In this document: one piece after another, positions 39,101-54,100 of the stretch | How positions within the stretch are numbered: the first letter of the stretch is position 1 | Layout of the letters: every line of letters begins with the position of its first letter | NCBI GenBank assembly: GCA_965153355.1 | Contig: OZ231126.1 | Span: 26,412,001 to 26,476,000 of the forward strand | From: Flaccisagitta enflata | Taxonomy: Eukaryota | Reading direction: 5' to 3' | Length of the DNA stretch: 64,000 nt | Made by a program: the position numbers and the translations under genes | The notes under the pieces: model-generated | What the model was told of the DNA's origin: nothing | The model's input: the letters and a program-made list of their open reading frames with translations, nothing else | Database searches by the model: none

Positions 39101-42100
39101 TTTTAGCATTTTGGGTGGTTGGTCAATGGTAATGGATAGTGGACAGGAAAAAATGACATTAGGAAAAAGAATCAGGTCAAAAAACTGATTTTTTCTTAAG
39201 TTAGAAGCGATTTTATTTTTGCCTTTTTATAATATGATATTTATAATTAATAATGGACATGCTTAATCAATGAATATTGACTTTAAAATTGAAAATTTGA
39301 GTTATCTGAGTCCAAACCAGCATAATTCAGTAAGACCAAAGATAGATTAGCAAATTTAAAGGAAAACAAACACCCTAATGTTTATGTAGAGTCACCTGTT
39401 TTAAAGGGTGTAGAATAGAGGGAGAACCATGTCCTTTCCCTAACTTTAAGATGATATCTACGCATCAACCAATACTTTTGAAACCTAGTGGGAGGGTCTG
39501 TTCATAGTTTAGGATGTGAGTGAACACATCATGAAAAAAAAACTGAACATTTTTCAATCATATGGCCGTACGGCCTCTCGACAGGGAAAGCCTGGGATTT
39601 TTAAGCAAATCCCCTCAATTTTCAAAGGCCAATTTGACTGACTTAAACCTAATAGGAAAGCTTGAGATTGAACATAAGAACATCCATGCTACAACACGGC
39701 GCATCAATATCAAAATTTCAAAGATCAGGCCTGGTAAATTTTCAGGATTAAGAGCGAAAAGTGAATGTAGTAATATAGCATATACCCTTTTTTCACTCCA
39801 AACGCTTCAAAATCCTAATAGGTTAACCATTTTTGAGGTTTTTTTTGCTCTGAGCGCTTCCTCTTAATGTTTACTTTGGAAGAGTTTACCACAAGAAAAT
39901 AGATCCCGCAAAAATTCAAATTTAAGCGCTCAAACAACTGTGACTCAGTTGCGGCATGATTCTCCGGTAGTCTACGCCCTTTATAAGGGTTTTTTAGCAT
40001 TTTGGGTGGTTTGTCTATGGTAATGGATAGTCAAGAAGGGAAATGACACTAGGAAAAAAAATTGGGTCAAAAAGTTCAATCGTTTTGGAAATATAAGCGT
40101 TTTTATCTTTTTAAGATGTGATATATAATATATCATATGAAATATAGGTTACAATGAGTTTTTTTAGCATTTTGGGTGGTTGGTCAATGGTAATGGATAG
40201 TGCTCAGGAAAAAATAACATTAGAAAAAAGAATCAGGTCAAAAAACTGATTTTTTCTTAAGTTAGAAGCGATTTTTGCCTTTTTATAATATGATATTTAT
40301 AATTAATAATGGACATGCTTAATCAATGAATATTGACTTTAAAATTGAAAATTTGAGTTATCTGAGTCCAAACCATCATAATTCAGTAAGACCAAAGATA
40401 GATTTGCAAATTTAAAGGAAAACAAACACCCTAATGTTTATGTAGAGTCACCTGTTTTATAAGGGGGGTTTTTTCAGCATTTTGGGTGGTTTGTCTATGG
40501 TAATGGATAGTCAAGAAGGGGAAATGACACTAGGAAAAAAAATTGGGTCAAAAAGTTCAATCGTTTTGGAAATATAAGCGTTTTTATCTTTTTAAGATGT
40601 GATATATAATATATCATATGAAATATAGGTTACAATGAGTTTTTAGCATTTTGGGTGGTTGGTCAATGGTAATGGATAGTGCACAGGAAAAATAACATTA
40701 GAAAAAAGAATCAGGTCAAAAAACTGATTTTTTCTTAAGTTAGAAGCGATTTTTGCCTTTTTATAATATGATATTTATAAGTAAGAATGGACATGCTTAA
40801 TCAATGAATATTGACTTTAAAATTGAAAATTTGAGTTATCTGAGTCCAAACCAGCATAATTCAGTAAGACCAAAGATAGATTAGCAAATTTAAAGGAAAA
40901 CAAACACCCTAATGTTTATGTAGAGTCACCTGTTTTAAAGGGTGTAGAATAGAGGGAGAACCATGTTCTTTCCCTAACTTTAAGATGATATCTACGCATC
41001 AACCAATACTTTTGAAACCTAGTGAGAGGGTCTGTTCATAGTTTAGGATGTGAGTGAACACATCGTGAAAAAAAAACTGAACATTTTTCAATCATATGGC
41101 CGTACGGCCTCTCGACAGGGAAAGCCTGGAATTTTTAAGCAAATCCCCTCAATTTTCAAAGGCCAATTTGACTGACTTAAACCTAATAGGAAAGCTTGAG
41201 ATTGAACATAAGAACATCCATGCTACAACACGGCGGATCAATATCAAAATTTCAAAGATCAGGCCTGGTAAATTTTCAGGATTAAGGAGCGAAAAGTGAA
41301 TGTAGTGATATAGCATATACCTTTCTTTTTTCACTCCACAAAATCCTAATAGGTTAACCATTTTGGAGGTTTTTTTTGCTCTGAGCGCTTCCTCGTTTAC
41401 TTTGGAAGAGTTTACCACAAGAAAATAGATCCCGCAAAAAAATTCAAATTTAAGCGCTCAAACAACTGTGACTCAGTTGCGGCATGATTCTCCGGTAGTC
41501 TACGCCCTTTATAAGGGGGGTTTTTTCAGCATTTTGGGTGGTTTGTCTATGGTAATGGATAGTCAAGAAGGGGAAATGACACTAGGAAAAAAAATTGGGT
41601 CAAAAAGTTCAATCGTTTTGGAAATATAAGCGTTTTTATCTTTTTAAGATGTGATATATAATATATCATATGAAATATAGGTTACAATGAGTTTTTTTAG
41701 CATTTTGGGTGGTTGGTCAATGGTAATGGATAGTGCACAGGAAAAAATAACATTAGAAAAAAGAATCAGGTCAAAAAACTGATTTTTTCTTAAGTTAGAA
41801 GCGATTTTTGCCTTTTTATAATATGATATTTATAAGTAAGAATGGACATGCTTAATCAATGAATATTGACTTTAAAATTGAAAATTTGAGTTGTCTGAGT
41901 CCAAACCAGCATAATTCAGTAAGACCAAAGATAGATTAGCAAATTTAAAGGAAAACAAACACCCTAATGTTTATGTAGAGTCACCTGTTTTATAAGGGGG
42001 GTTTTTTCAGCATTTTGGGTGGTTTGTCTATGGTAATGGATAGTCAAGAAGGGGAAATGACACTAGGAAAAAAAATTGGGTCAAAAAGTTCAATCGTTTT

Positions 42101-45100
42101 GGAAATATAAGCGTTTTTGTCTTTTTAAGATGTGATATATAATATATCATATGAAATATAGGTTACAATGAGTTTTTTTAGCATTTTGGGTGGTTGGTCA
42201 ATGGTAATGGATAGTGCACAGGAAAAAATAACATTAGAAAAAAGAATCAGGTCAAAAAACTGATTTTTTCTTAAGTTAGAAGCGATTTTTGCCTTTTTAT
42301 AATATGATATTTATAATCAATAATGGACATGCTTAATCAATGAATATTGACTTTAAAATTGAAAATTTGAGTTATCTGAGTCCAAACCAGCATAATTCAG
42401 TAAGACCAAAGATAGATTAGCAAATTTAAAGGAAAACAAACACCCTAATGTTTATGTAGAGTCACCTGTTTTAAAGGGTGTAGAATAGAGGGAGAACCAT
42501 GTTCTTTCCCTAACTTTAAGATGATATCTACGCATCAACCAATACTTTTGAAACCTAGTGAGAGGGTCTGTTCATAGTTTAGGATGTGAGTGAACACATC
42601 ATGAAAAAAAAACTGAACATTTTTCAATCATATGGCCGTACGGCCTCTCGACAAGGAAAGCCTGGAATTTTTAAGCAAATCCCCTCAATTTTCAAAGGCC
42701 AATTTGACTGACTTAAACCTAATAGGAAAGCTTGAGATTGAACATAAGAACATCCATGCTACAACACGGCGCATCAATATCAAAATTTCAAAGATCAGGC
42801 CTGGTAAATTTTCAGGATTAAGGAGCGAAAAGTGAATGTAGTGATATAGCATATACCCTTTTTTCACTCCAAACGCTTCAAAATCCTAATAGGTTAACCA
42901 TTTTGGAGGTTTTTTTTGCTCTGAGCGCTTCCTCTTAATGTTTACTTTGGAAGAGTTTACCACAAGAAAATAGATCCCGCAAAAAAATTCAAATTTAAGC
43001 GCTCAAACAACTGTGACTCAGTTGCGGCATGATTCTCCGGTAGTCTACGCCCTTTATAAGGGGGGTTTTTTCAGCATTTTGGGTGGTTTGTCTATGGTAA
43101 TGGATAGTCAAGAAGGGGAAATGACACTAGGAAAAAAAATTGGGTCAAAAAGTTCAATCGTTTTGGAAATATAAGCGTTTTTATCTTTTTAAGATGTGAT
43201 ATATAATATATCATATGAAATATAGGTTACAATGAGTTTTTTTAGCATTTTGGGTGGTTGGTCAATGGTAATGGATAGTGCTCAGGAAAAAATAACATTA
43301 GAAAAAAGAATCAGGTCAAAAAACTGATTTTTTCTTAAGTTAGAAGCGATTTTTGCCTTTTTATAATATGATATTTATAATTAATAATGGACATGCTTAA
43401 TCAATGAATATTGACTTTAAAATTGAAAATTTGAGTTATCTGAGTCCAAACCAGCATAATTCAGTAAGACCAAAGATAGATTAGCAAATTTAAAGGAAAA
43501 CAAACACCCTAATGTTTATGTAGAGTCACCTGTTTTATAAGGGGGGTTTTTTCAGCATTTTGGGTGGTTTGTCTATGGTAATGGATAGTCAAGAAGGGGA
43601 AATGACACTAGGAAAAAAAATTGGGTCAAAAAGTTCAATCGTTTTGGAAATATAAGCGTTTTTATCTTTTTAAGATGTGATATATAATATATCATATGAA
43701 ATATAGGTTACAATGAGTTTTTTTAGCATTTTGGGTGGTTGGTCAATGGTAATGGATAGTGCACAGGAAAAAATAACATTAGAAAAAAGAATCAGGTCAA
43801 AAAACTGATTTTTTCTTAAGTTAGAAGCGATTTTTGCCTTTTTATAATATGATATTTATAATCAATAATGGACATGCTTAATCAATGAATATTGACTTTA
43901 AAATTGAAAATTTGAGTTATCTGAGTCCAAACCAGCATAATTCAGTAAGACCAAAGATAGATTAGCAAATTTAAAGGAAAACAAACACCCTAATGTTTAT
44001 GTAGAGTCACCTGTTTTAAAGGGTGTAGAATAGAGGGAGAACCATGTTCTTTCCCTAACTTTAAGATGATATCTACGCATCAACCAATACTTTTGAAACC
44101 TAGTGAGAGGGTCTGTTCATAGTTTAGGATGTGAGTGAACACATCATGAAAAAAAACTGAACATTTTTCAATCATATGGCCGTACGGCCTCTCGACAGGG
44201 AAAGCCTGGAATTTTTAAGCAAATCCCCTCAATTTTCAAAGGCCAATTTGACTGACTTAAACCTAATAGGAAAGCTTGAGATTGAACATAAGAACATCCA
44301 TGCTACAACACGGCGGATCAATATCAAAATTTCAAAGATCAGGCCTGGTAAATTTTCAGGATTAAGGAGCGAAAAGTGAATGTAGTGATATAGCATATAC
44401 CCTTTTTTCACTCCAAACGCTTCAAAATCCTAATAGGTTAACCATTTTGGAGGTTTTTTTTTGCTCTGAGCGCTTCCTCTTAATGTTTACTTTGGAAGAG
44501 TCTACCACAAGAAAATAGATCCCGCAAAAAAATTCAAATTTAAGCGCTCAAACAACTGTGACTCAGTTGCGGCATGATTCTCCGGTAGTCTACGCCCTTT
44601 ATAAGGGGGGTTTTTTCAGCATTTTGGGTGGTTTGTCTATGGTAATGGATAGTCAAGAAGGGGAAATGACACTAGGAAAAAAAATTGGGTCAAAAAGTTC
44701 AATCGTTTTGGAAATATAAGCGTTTTTATCTTTTTAAGATGTGATATATAATATATCATATGAAATATAGGTTACAATGAGTTTTTTTAGCATTTTGGGT
44801 GGTTGGTCAATGGTAATGGATAGTGCTCAGGAAAAAATAACATTAGAAAAAAGAATCAGGTCAAAAAACTGATTTTTTCTTAAGTTAGAAGCGATTTTTG
44901 CCTTTTTATAATATGATATTTATAATTAATAATGGACATGCTTAATCAATGAATATTGACTTTAAAATTGAAAATTTGAGTTATCTGAGTCCAAACCAGC
45001 ATAATTCAGTAAGACCAAAGATAGATTAGCAAATTTAAAGGAAAACAAACACCCTAATGTTTATGTAGAGGGGTTTTTTCAGCATTTTGGGTGGTTTGTC

Positions 45101-48100
45101 TATGGTAATGGATAGTCAAGAAGGGGAAATGACACTAGGAAAAAAAATTGGGTCAAAAAGTTCAATCGTTTTGGAAATATAAGCGTTTTTGTCTTTTTAA
45201 GATGTGATATATAATATATCATATGAAATATAGGTTACAATGAGTTTTTTTAGCATTTTGGGTGGTTGGTCAATGGTAATGGATAGTGCACAGGAAAAAA
45301 TAACATTAGAAAAAAGAATCAGGTCAAAAAACTGATTTTTTCTTAAGTTAGAAGCGATTTTTGCCTTTTTATAATATGATATTTATAATTAATAATGGAC
45401 ATGCTTAATCAATGAATATTGACTTTAAAATTGAAAATTTGAGTTATCTGAGTCCAAACCAGCATAATTCAGTAAGACCAAAGATAGATTAGCAAATTTA
45501 AAGGAAAACAAACACCCTAATGTTTATGTAGAGTCACCTGTTTTAAAGGGTGTAGAATAGAGGGAGAACCATGTTCTTTCCCTAACTTTAAGATGATATC
45601 TACGCATCAACCAATACTTTTGAAACCTAGTGAGAGGGTCTGTTCATAGTTTAGGATGTGAGTGAACACATCATGAAAAAAAACTGAACATTTTTCAATC
45701 ATATGGCCGTACGGCCTCTCGACAAGGAAAGCCTGGAATTTTTAAGCAAATCCCCTCAATTTTCAAAGGCCAATTTGACTGACTTAAACCTAATAGGAAA
45801 GCTTGAGATTGAACATAAGAACATCCATGCTACAACACGGCGGATCAATATCAAAATTTCAAAGATCAGGCCTGGTAAATTTTCAGGATTAAGGAGCGAA
45901 AAGTGAATGTAGTGATATAGCATATACCCTTTTTTCACTCCAAACGCTTCAAAATCCTAATAGGTTAACCATTTTGGAGGTTTTTTTGCTCTGAGCGCTT
46001 CCTCTTAATGTTTACTTTGGAAGAGTTTACCACAAGAAAATAGATCCCGCAAAAAAATTCAAATTTAAGCGCTCAAACAACTGTGACTCAGTTGCGGCAT
46101 GATTCTCCGGTAGTCTACGCCCTTTATAAGGGGGGTTTTTTCAGCATTTTGGGTGGTTTGTCTATGGTAATGGATAGTCAAGAAGGGGAAATGACACTAG
46201 GAAAAAAAATTGGGTCAAAAAGTTCAATCGTTTTGGAAATATAAGCGTTTTTGTCTTTTTAAGATGTGATATATAATATATCATATGAAATATAGGTTAC
46301 AATGAGTTTTTTTAGCATTTTGGGTGGTTGGTCAATGGTAATGGATAGTGCTCAGGAAAAAATAACATTAAAAAAAGAATCAGGTCAAAAAACTGATTTT
46401 TTCTTAAGTTAGAAGCGATTTTTGCCTTTTTATAATATGATATTTATAATTAATAATGGACATGCTTAATCAATGAATATTGACTTTAAAATTGAAAATT
46501 TGAGTTATCTGAGTCCAAACCATCATAATTCAGTAAGACCAAAGATAGATTTGCAAATTTAAAGGAAAACAAACACCCTAATGTTTATGTAGAGTCACCT
46601 GTTTTAAAGGGGGGTTTTTTCAGCATTTTGGGTGGTTTGTCTATGGTAATGGATAGTCAAGAAGGGGAAATGACACTAGGAAAAAAAATTGGGTCAAAAA
46701 GTTCAATCGTTTTGGAAATATAAGCGTTTTTGTCTTTTTAAGATGTGATATATAATAAATCATATGAAATATAGGTTACAATGAGTTTTTTTAGCATTTT
46801 GGGTGGTTGGTCAATGGTAATGGATAGTGCACAGGAAAAAATAACATTAGAAAAAAGAATCAGGTCAAAAAACTGATTTTTTCTTAAGTTAGAAGCGATT
46901 TTTGCCTTTTTATAATATGATATTTATAATTAATAATGGACATGCTTAATCAATGAATATTGACTTTAAAATTGAAAATTTGAGTTATCTGAGTCCAAAC
47001 CAGCATAATTCAGTAAGACCAAAGATAGATTAGCAAATTTAAAGGAAAACAAACACCCTAATGTTTATGTAGAGTCACCTGTTTTAAAGGGTGTAGAATA
47101 GAGGGAGAACCATGTTCTTTCCCTAACTTTAAGATGATATCTACGCATCAACCAATACTTTTGAAACCTAGTGAGAGGGTCTGTTCATAGTTTAGGATGT
47201 GAGTGAACACATCATGAAAAAAAAACTGAACATTTTTCAATCATATGGCCGTACGGCCTCTCGACAAGGAAAGCCTGGAATTTTTAAGCAAATCCCCTCA
47301 ATTTTCAAAGGCCAATTTGACTGACTTAAACCTAATAGGAAAGCTTGAGATTGAACATAAGAACATCCATGCTACAACACGGCGGATCAATATCAAAATT
47401 TCAAAGATCAGGCCTGGTAAATTTTCAGGATTAAGGAGCGAAAAGTGAATGTAGTGATATAGCATATACCCTTTTTTCACTCCAAACGCTTCAAAATCCT
47501 AATAGGTTAACCATTTTGGAGGTTTTTTTGCTCTGAGCGCTTCCTCTTAATGTTTACTTTGGAAGAGTTTACCACAAGAAAATAGATCCCGCAAAAAAAT
47601 TCAAATTTAAGCGCTCAAACAACTGTGACTCAGTTGCGGCATGATTCTCCGGTAGTCTACGCCCTTTATAATGGGGGTTTTTTCAGCATTTTGGGTGGTT
47701 TGTCTATGGTAATGGATAGTCAAGAAGGGGAAATGACACTAGGAAAAAAAATTGGGTCAAAAAGTTCAATCGTTTTGGAAATATAAGCGTTTTTGTCTTT
47801 TTAAGATGTGATATATAATATATCATATGAAATATAGGTTACAATGAGTTTTTTTAGCATTTTGGGTGGTTGGTCAATGGTAATGGATAGTGCACAGGAA
47901 AAAATGACATTAGAAAAAAGAATCAGGTCAAAAAACTGATTTTTTCTTAAGTTAGAAGCGATTTTTGCCTTTTTATAATATGATATTTATAATTAATAAT
48001 GGACATGCTTAATCAATGAATATTGACTTTAAAATTGAAAATTTGAGTTATCTGAGTCCAAACCAGCATAATTCAGTAAGACCAAAGATAGATTTGCAAA

Positions 48101-51100
48101 TTTAAAGGAAAACAAACACCCTAATGTTTATGTAGAGTCACCTGTTTATAAGGGGGGTTTTTTCAGCATTTTGGGTGGTTTGTCTATGGTAATGGATAGT
48201 CAAGAAGGGGAAATGACACTAGGAAAAAAAATTGGGTCAAAAAGTTCAATCGTTTTGGAAATATAAGCGTTTTTATCTTTTTAAGATGTGATATATAATA
48301 TATCATATGAAATATAGGTTACAATGAGTTTTTTTAGCATTTTGGGTGGTTGGTCAATGGTAATGGATAGTGCACAGGAAAAAATAACATTAGAAAAAAG
48401 AATCAGGTCAAAAAACTGATTTTTTCTTAAGTTAGAAGCGATTTTTGCCTTTTTATAATATGATATTTATAATCAATAATGGACATGCTTAATCAATGAA
48501 TATTGACTTTAAAATTGAAAATTTGAGTTATCTGAGTCCAAACCAGCATAATTCAGTAAGACCAAAGATAGATTAGCAAATTTAAAGGAAAACAAACACC
48601 CTAATGTTTATGTAGAGTCACCTGTTTTAAAGGGTGTAGAATAGAGGGAGAACCATGTTCTTTCCCTAACTTTAAGATGATATCTACGCATCAACCAATA
48701 CTTTTGAAACCTAGTGAGAGGGTCTGTTCATAGTTTAGGATGTGAGTGAACACATCGTGAAAAAAAAACTGAACATTTTTCAATCATATGGCCGTACGGC
48801 CTCTCGACAGGGAAAGCCTGGAATTTTTAAGCAAATCCCCTCAATTTTCAAAGGCCAATTTGACTGACTTAAACCTAATAGGAAAGCTTGAGATTGAACA
48901 TAAGAACATCCATGCTACAACACGGCGGATCAATATCAAAATTTCAAAGATCAGGCCTGGTAAATTTTCAGGATTAAGGAGCGAAAAGTGAATGTAGTGA
49001 TATAGCATATACCCTTTTTTCACTCCAAACGCTTCAAAATCCTAATAGGTTAACCATTTTGGAGGTTTTTTTGCTCTGAGCGCTTCCTCTTAATGTTTAC
49101 TTTGGAAGAGTTTACCACAAGAAAATAGATCCCGCAAAAAATTCAAATTTAAGCGCTCAAACAACTGTGACTCAGTTGCGGCATGATTCTCCGGTAGTCT
49201 ACGCCCTTTATAAGGGTGGTTTTTTCAGCATTTTGGGTGGTTTGTCTATGGTAATGGATAGTCAAGAAGGGGAAATGACACTAGGAAAAAAAATTGGGTC
49301 AAAAAGTTCAATCGTTTTGGAAATATAAGCGTTTTTATCTTTTTAAGATGTGATATATAATATATCATATGAAATATAGGTTACAATGAGTTTTTTTAGC
49401 ATTTTGGGTGGTTGGTCAATGGTAATGGATAGTGCTCAGGAAAAATAACATTAGAAAAAAGAATCAGGTCAAAAAACTGATTTTTTCTTAAGTTAGAAGC
49501 GATTTTTGCCTTTTTATAATATGATATTTATAATTAATAATGGACATGCTTAATCAATGAATATTGACTTTAAAATTGAAAATTTGAGTTATCTGAGTCC
49601 AAACCAGCATAATTCAGTAAGACCAAAGATAGATTTGCAAATTTAAAGGAAAACAAACACCCTAATGTTTATGTAGAGTCACCTGTTTTATAAGGGGGGT
49701 TTTTTCAGCATTTTGGGTGGTTTGTCTATGGTAATGGATAGTCAAGAAGGGGAAATGACACTAGGAAAAAAAATTGGGTCAAAAAGTTCAATCGTTTTGG
49801 AAATATAAGCGTTTTTGTCTTTTTAAGATGTGATATATAATATATCATATGAAATATAGGTTACAATGAGTTTTTTTAGCATTTTGGGTGGTTGGTCAAT
49901 GGTAATGGATAGTGCACAGGAAAAAATGACATTAGGAAAAAGAATCAGGTCAAAAAACTGATTTTTTCTTAAGTTAGAAGCGATTTTTGCCTTTTTATAA
50001 TATGATATTTATAATTAATAATGGACATGCTTAATCAATGAATATTGACTTTAAAATTGAAAATTTGAGTTATCTGAGTCCAAACCAGCATAATTCAGTA
50101 AGACCAAAGATAGATTAGCAAATTTAAAGGAAAACAAACACCCTAATGTTTATGTAGAGTCACCTGTTTTAAAGGGTGTAGAATAGAGGGAGAACCATGT
50201 TCTTTCCCTAACTTTAAGATGATATCTACGCATCAACCAATACTTTTGAAACCTAGTGAGAGGGTCTGTTCATAGTTTAGGATGTGAGTGAACACATCAT
50301 GAAAAAAAAACTGAACATTTTTCAATCATATGGCCGTACGGCCTCTCGACAAGGAAAGCCTGGAATTTTTAAGCAAATCCCCTCAATTTTCAAAGGCCAA
50401 TTTGACTGACTTAAACCTAATAGGAAAGCTTGAGATTGAACATAAGAACATCCATGCTACAACACGGCGGATCAATATCAAAATTTCAAAGATCAGGCCT
50501 GGTAAATTTTCAGGATTAAGGAGCGAAAAGTGAATGTAGTGATATAGCATATACCCTTTTTTCACTCCAAACGCTTCAAAATCCTAATAGGTTAACCATT
50601 TTTGAGGTTTTTTTTGCTCTGAGCGCTTCCTCTTAATGTTTACTTTGGAAGAGTCTACCACAAGAAAATAGATCCCGCAAAAAAATTCAAATTTAAGCGC
50701 TCAAACGACTGTGACTCAGTTACGGCATGATTCTCCGGTAGTCTACGCCCTTTATAAGGGGGGTTTTTTCAGCATTTTGGGTGGTTTGTCTATGGTAATG
50801 GATAGTCAAGAAGGGGAAATGACACTAGGAAAAAAAATTGGGTCAAAAAGTTCAATCGTTTTGAAAATATAAGCGTTTTTGTCTTTTTAAGATGTGATAT
50901 ATAATATATCATATGAAATATAGGTTACAATGAGTTTTTTTAGCATTTTGGGTGGTTGGTCAATGGTAATGGATAGTGCACAGGAAAAAATGACATTAGG
51001 AAAAAGAATCAGGTCAAAAAACTGATTTTTTCTTAAGTTAGAAGCGATTTTTGCCTTTTTATAATATGATATTTATAATTAAGAATGGACATGCTTAATC

Positions 51101-54100
51101 AATGAATATTGACTTTAAAATTGAAAATTTGAGTTATCTGAGTCCAAACCATCATAATTCAGTAAGACCAAAGATAGATTTGCAAATTTAAAGGAAAACA
51201 AACACCCTAATGTTTATGTAGAGTCACCTGTTTTATAAGGGGGTTTTTTTCAGCATTTTGGGTGGTTTGTCTATGGTAATGGATAGTCAAGAAGGGGAAA
51301 TGACACTAGGAAAAAAAATTGGGTCAAAAAGTTCAATCGTTTTGGAAATATAAGCGTTTTTGTCTTTTTAAGATGTGATATATAATATATCATATGAAAT
51401 ATAGGTTACAATGAGTTTTTTTAGCATTTTGGGTGGTTGGTCAATGGTAATGGATAGTGCACAGGAAAAAATGACATTAGGAAAAAGAATCAGGTCAAAA
51501 AACTGATTTTTTCTTAAGTTAGAAGCGATTTTTGCCTTTTTATAATATGATATTTATAATAATAATGGACATGCTTAATCAATGAATATTGACTTTAAAA
51601 TTGAAAATTTGAGTTATCTGAGTCCAAACCAGCATAATTCAGTAAGACCAAAGATAGATTAGCAAATTTAAAGGAAAACAAACACCCTAATGTTTATGTA
51701 GAGTCACCTGTTTTAAAGGGTGTAGAATAGAGGGAGAACCATGTTCTTTCCCTAACTTTAAGATGATATCTACGCATCAACCAATACTTTTGAAACCTAG
51801 TGAGAGGGTCTGTTCATAGTTTAGGATGTGAGTGAACACATCATGAAAAAAAACTGAACATTTTTCAATCATATGGCCGTACGGCCTCTCGACAAGGAAA
51901 GCCTGGAATTTTTAAGCAAATCCCCTCAATTTTCAAAGGCCAATTTGACTGACTTAAACCTAATAGGAAAGCTTGAGATTGAACATAAGAACATCCATGC
52001 TACAACACGGCGGATCAATATCAAAATTTCAAAGATCAGGCCTGGTAAATTTTCAGGATTAAGGAGCGAAAAGTGAATGTAGTGATATAGCATATACCCT
52101 TTTTTCACTCCAAACGCTTCAAAATCCTAATAGGTTAACCATTTTGGAGGTTTTTTTTGCTCTGAGCGCTTCCTCTTAATGTTTACTTTGGAAGAGTCTA
52201 CCACAAGAAAATAGATCCCGCAAAAAAATTCAAATTTAAGCGCTCAAACAACTGTGACTCAGTTGCGGCATGATTCTCCGGTAGTCTACGCCCTTTATAA
52301 GGGGGGTTTTTTCAGCATTTTGGGTGGTTTGTCTATGGTAATGGATAGTCAAGAAGGGGAAATGACACTAGGAAAAAAAATTGGGTCAAAAAGTTCAATC
52401 GTTTTGGAAATATAAGCGTTTTTATCTTTTTAAGATGTGATATATAATATATCATATGAAATATAGGTTACAATGAGTTTTTTAGCATTTTGGGTGGTTG
52501 GTCAATGGTAATGGATAGTGCTCAGGAAAAAATAACATTAGAAAAAAGAATCAGGTCAAAAAACTGATTTTTTCTTAAGTTAGAAGCGATTTTTGCCTTT
52601 TTATAATATGATATTTATAATTAATAATGGACATGCTTAATCAATGAATATTGACTTTAAAATTGAAAATTTGAGTTATCTGAGTCCAAACCAGCATAAT
52701 TCAGTAAGACCAAAGATAGATTTGCAAATTTAAAGGAAAACAAACACCCTAATGTTTATGTAGAGTCACCTGTTTTATAAGGGGGGTTTTTTCAGCATTT
52801 TGGGTGGTTTGTCTATGGTAATGGATAGTCAAGAAGGGGAAATGACACTAGGAAAAAAAATTGGGTCAAAAAGTTCAATCGTTTTGGAAATATAAGCGTT
52901 TTTATCTTTTTAAGATGTGATATATAATATATCATATGAAATATAGGTTACAATGAGTTTTTTTAGCATTTTGGGTGGTTGGTCAATGGTAATGGATAGT
53001 GCACAGGAAAAAATAACATTAGAAAAAAGAATCAGGTCAAAAAACTGATTTTTTCTTAAGTTAGAAGCGATTTTTGCCTTTTTATAATATGATATTTATA
53101 ATCAATAATGGACATGCTTAATCAATGAATATTGACTTTAAAATTGAAAATTTTAGTTATCTGAGTCCAAACCAGCATAATTCAGTAAGACCAAAGATAG
53201 ATTAGCAAATTTAAAGGAAAACAAACACCTATGTTTATGTAGAGTCACCTGTTTTAAAGGGTGTAGAATAGAGAGAGAACCATGTCCTCTCTCTAACTTT
53301 AAGATGATATCTACGCATCAACCAATACTTTTGAAACCTAGTGAGAGGGTCTGTTCATAGTTTAGGATGTGAGTGAACACATCATGAAAAAAAAACTGAA
53401 CATTTTTCAATCATATGGCCGTACGGCCTCTCGACAAGGAAAGCCTGGAATTTTTAAGCAAATCCCCTCAATTTTCAAAGGCCAATTTGACTGACTTAAA
53501 ACTAATAGGAAAGCTTGAGATTGAACATAAGAACATCCATGCTACAACACGGCGGATCAATATCAAAATTTCAAAGATCAGGCCTGGTAAATTTTCAGGA
53601 TTAAGGAGCGAAAAGTGAATGTAGTGATATAGCATATACCCTTTTTTCACTCCAAACGCTTCAAAATCCTAATAGGTTAACCATTTGAGGTTTTTTTTTT
53701 GCTCTGAGCGCTTCCTCTTAATGTTTACTTTGGAAGAAGTTTACCACAAGAAAAATAGATCCATAAAATTCAAATTTAAGCTCAAACAACTGACTCGGAC
53801 TGCGGCATGATTCTCCGGTAGTCTACGCCCTTTATAAGGGGGGTTTTTCAGCATTTTGGGTGGTTTGTCTATGGTAATGGATAGTCAAGAAGGGGAAATG
53901 ACACTAGGAAAAAAAATTGGGTCAAAAAGTTCAATCGTTTTGGAAATATAAGCGTTTTTATCTTTTTAAGATGTGATATATAATATATCATATGAAATAT
54001 AGGTTACAATGAGTTTTTTTAGCATTTTGGGTGGTTGGTCAATGGTAATGGATAGTGCTCAGGAAAAAATAACATTAGAAAAAAGAATCAGGTCAAAAAA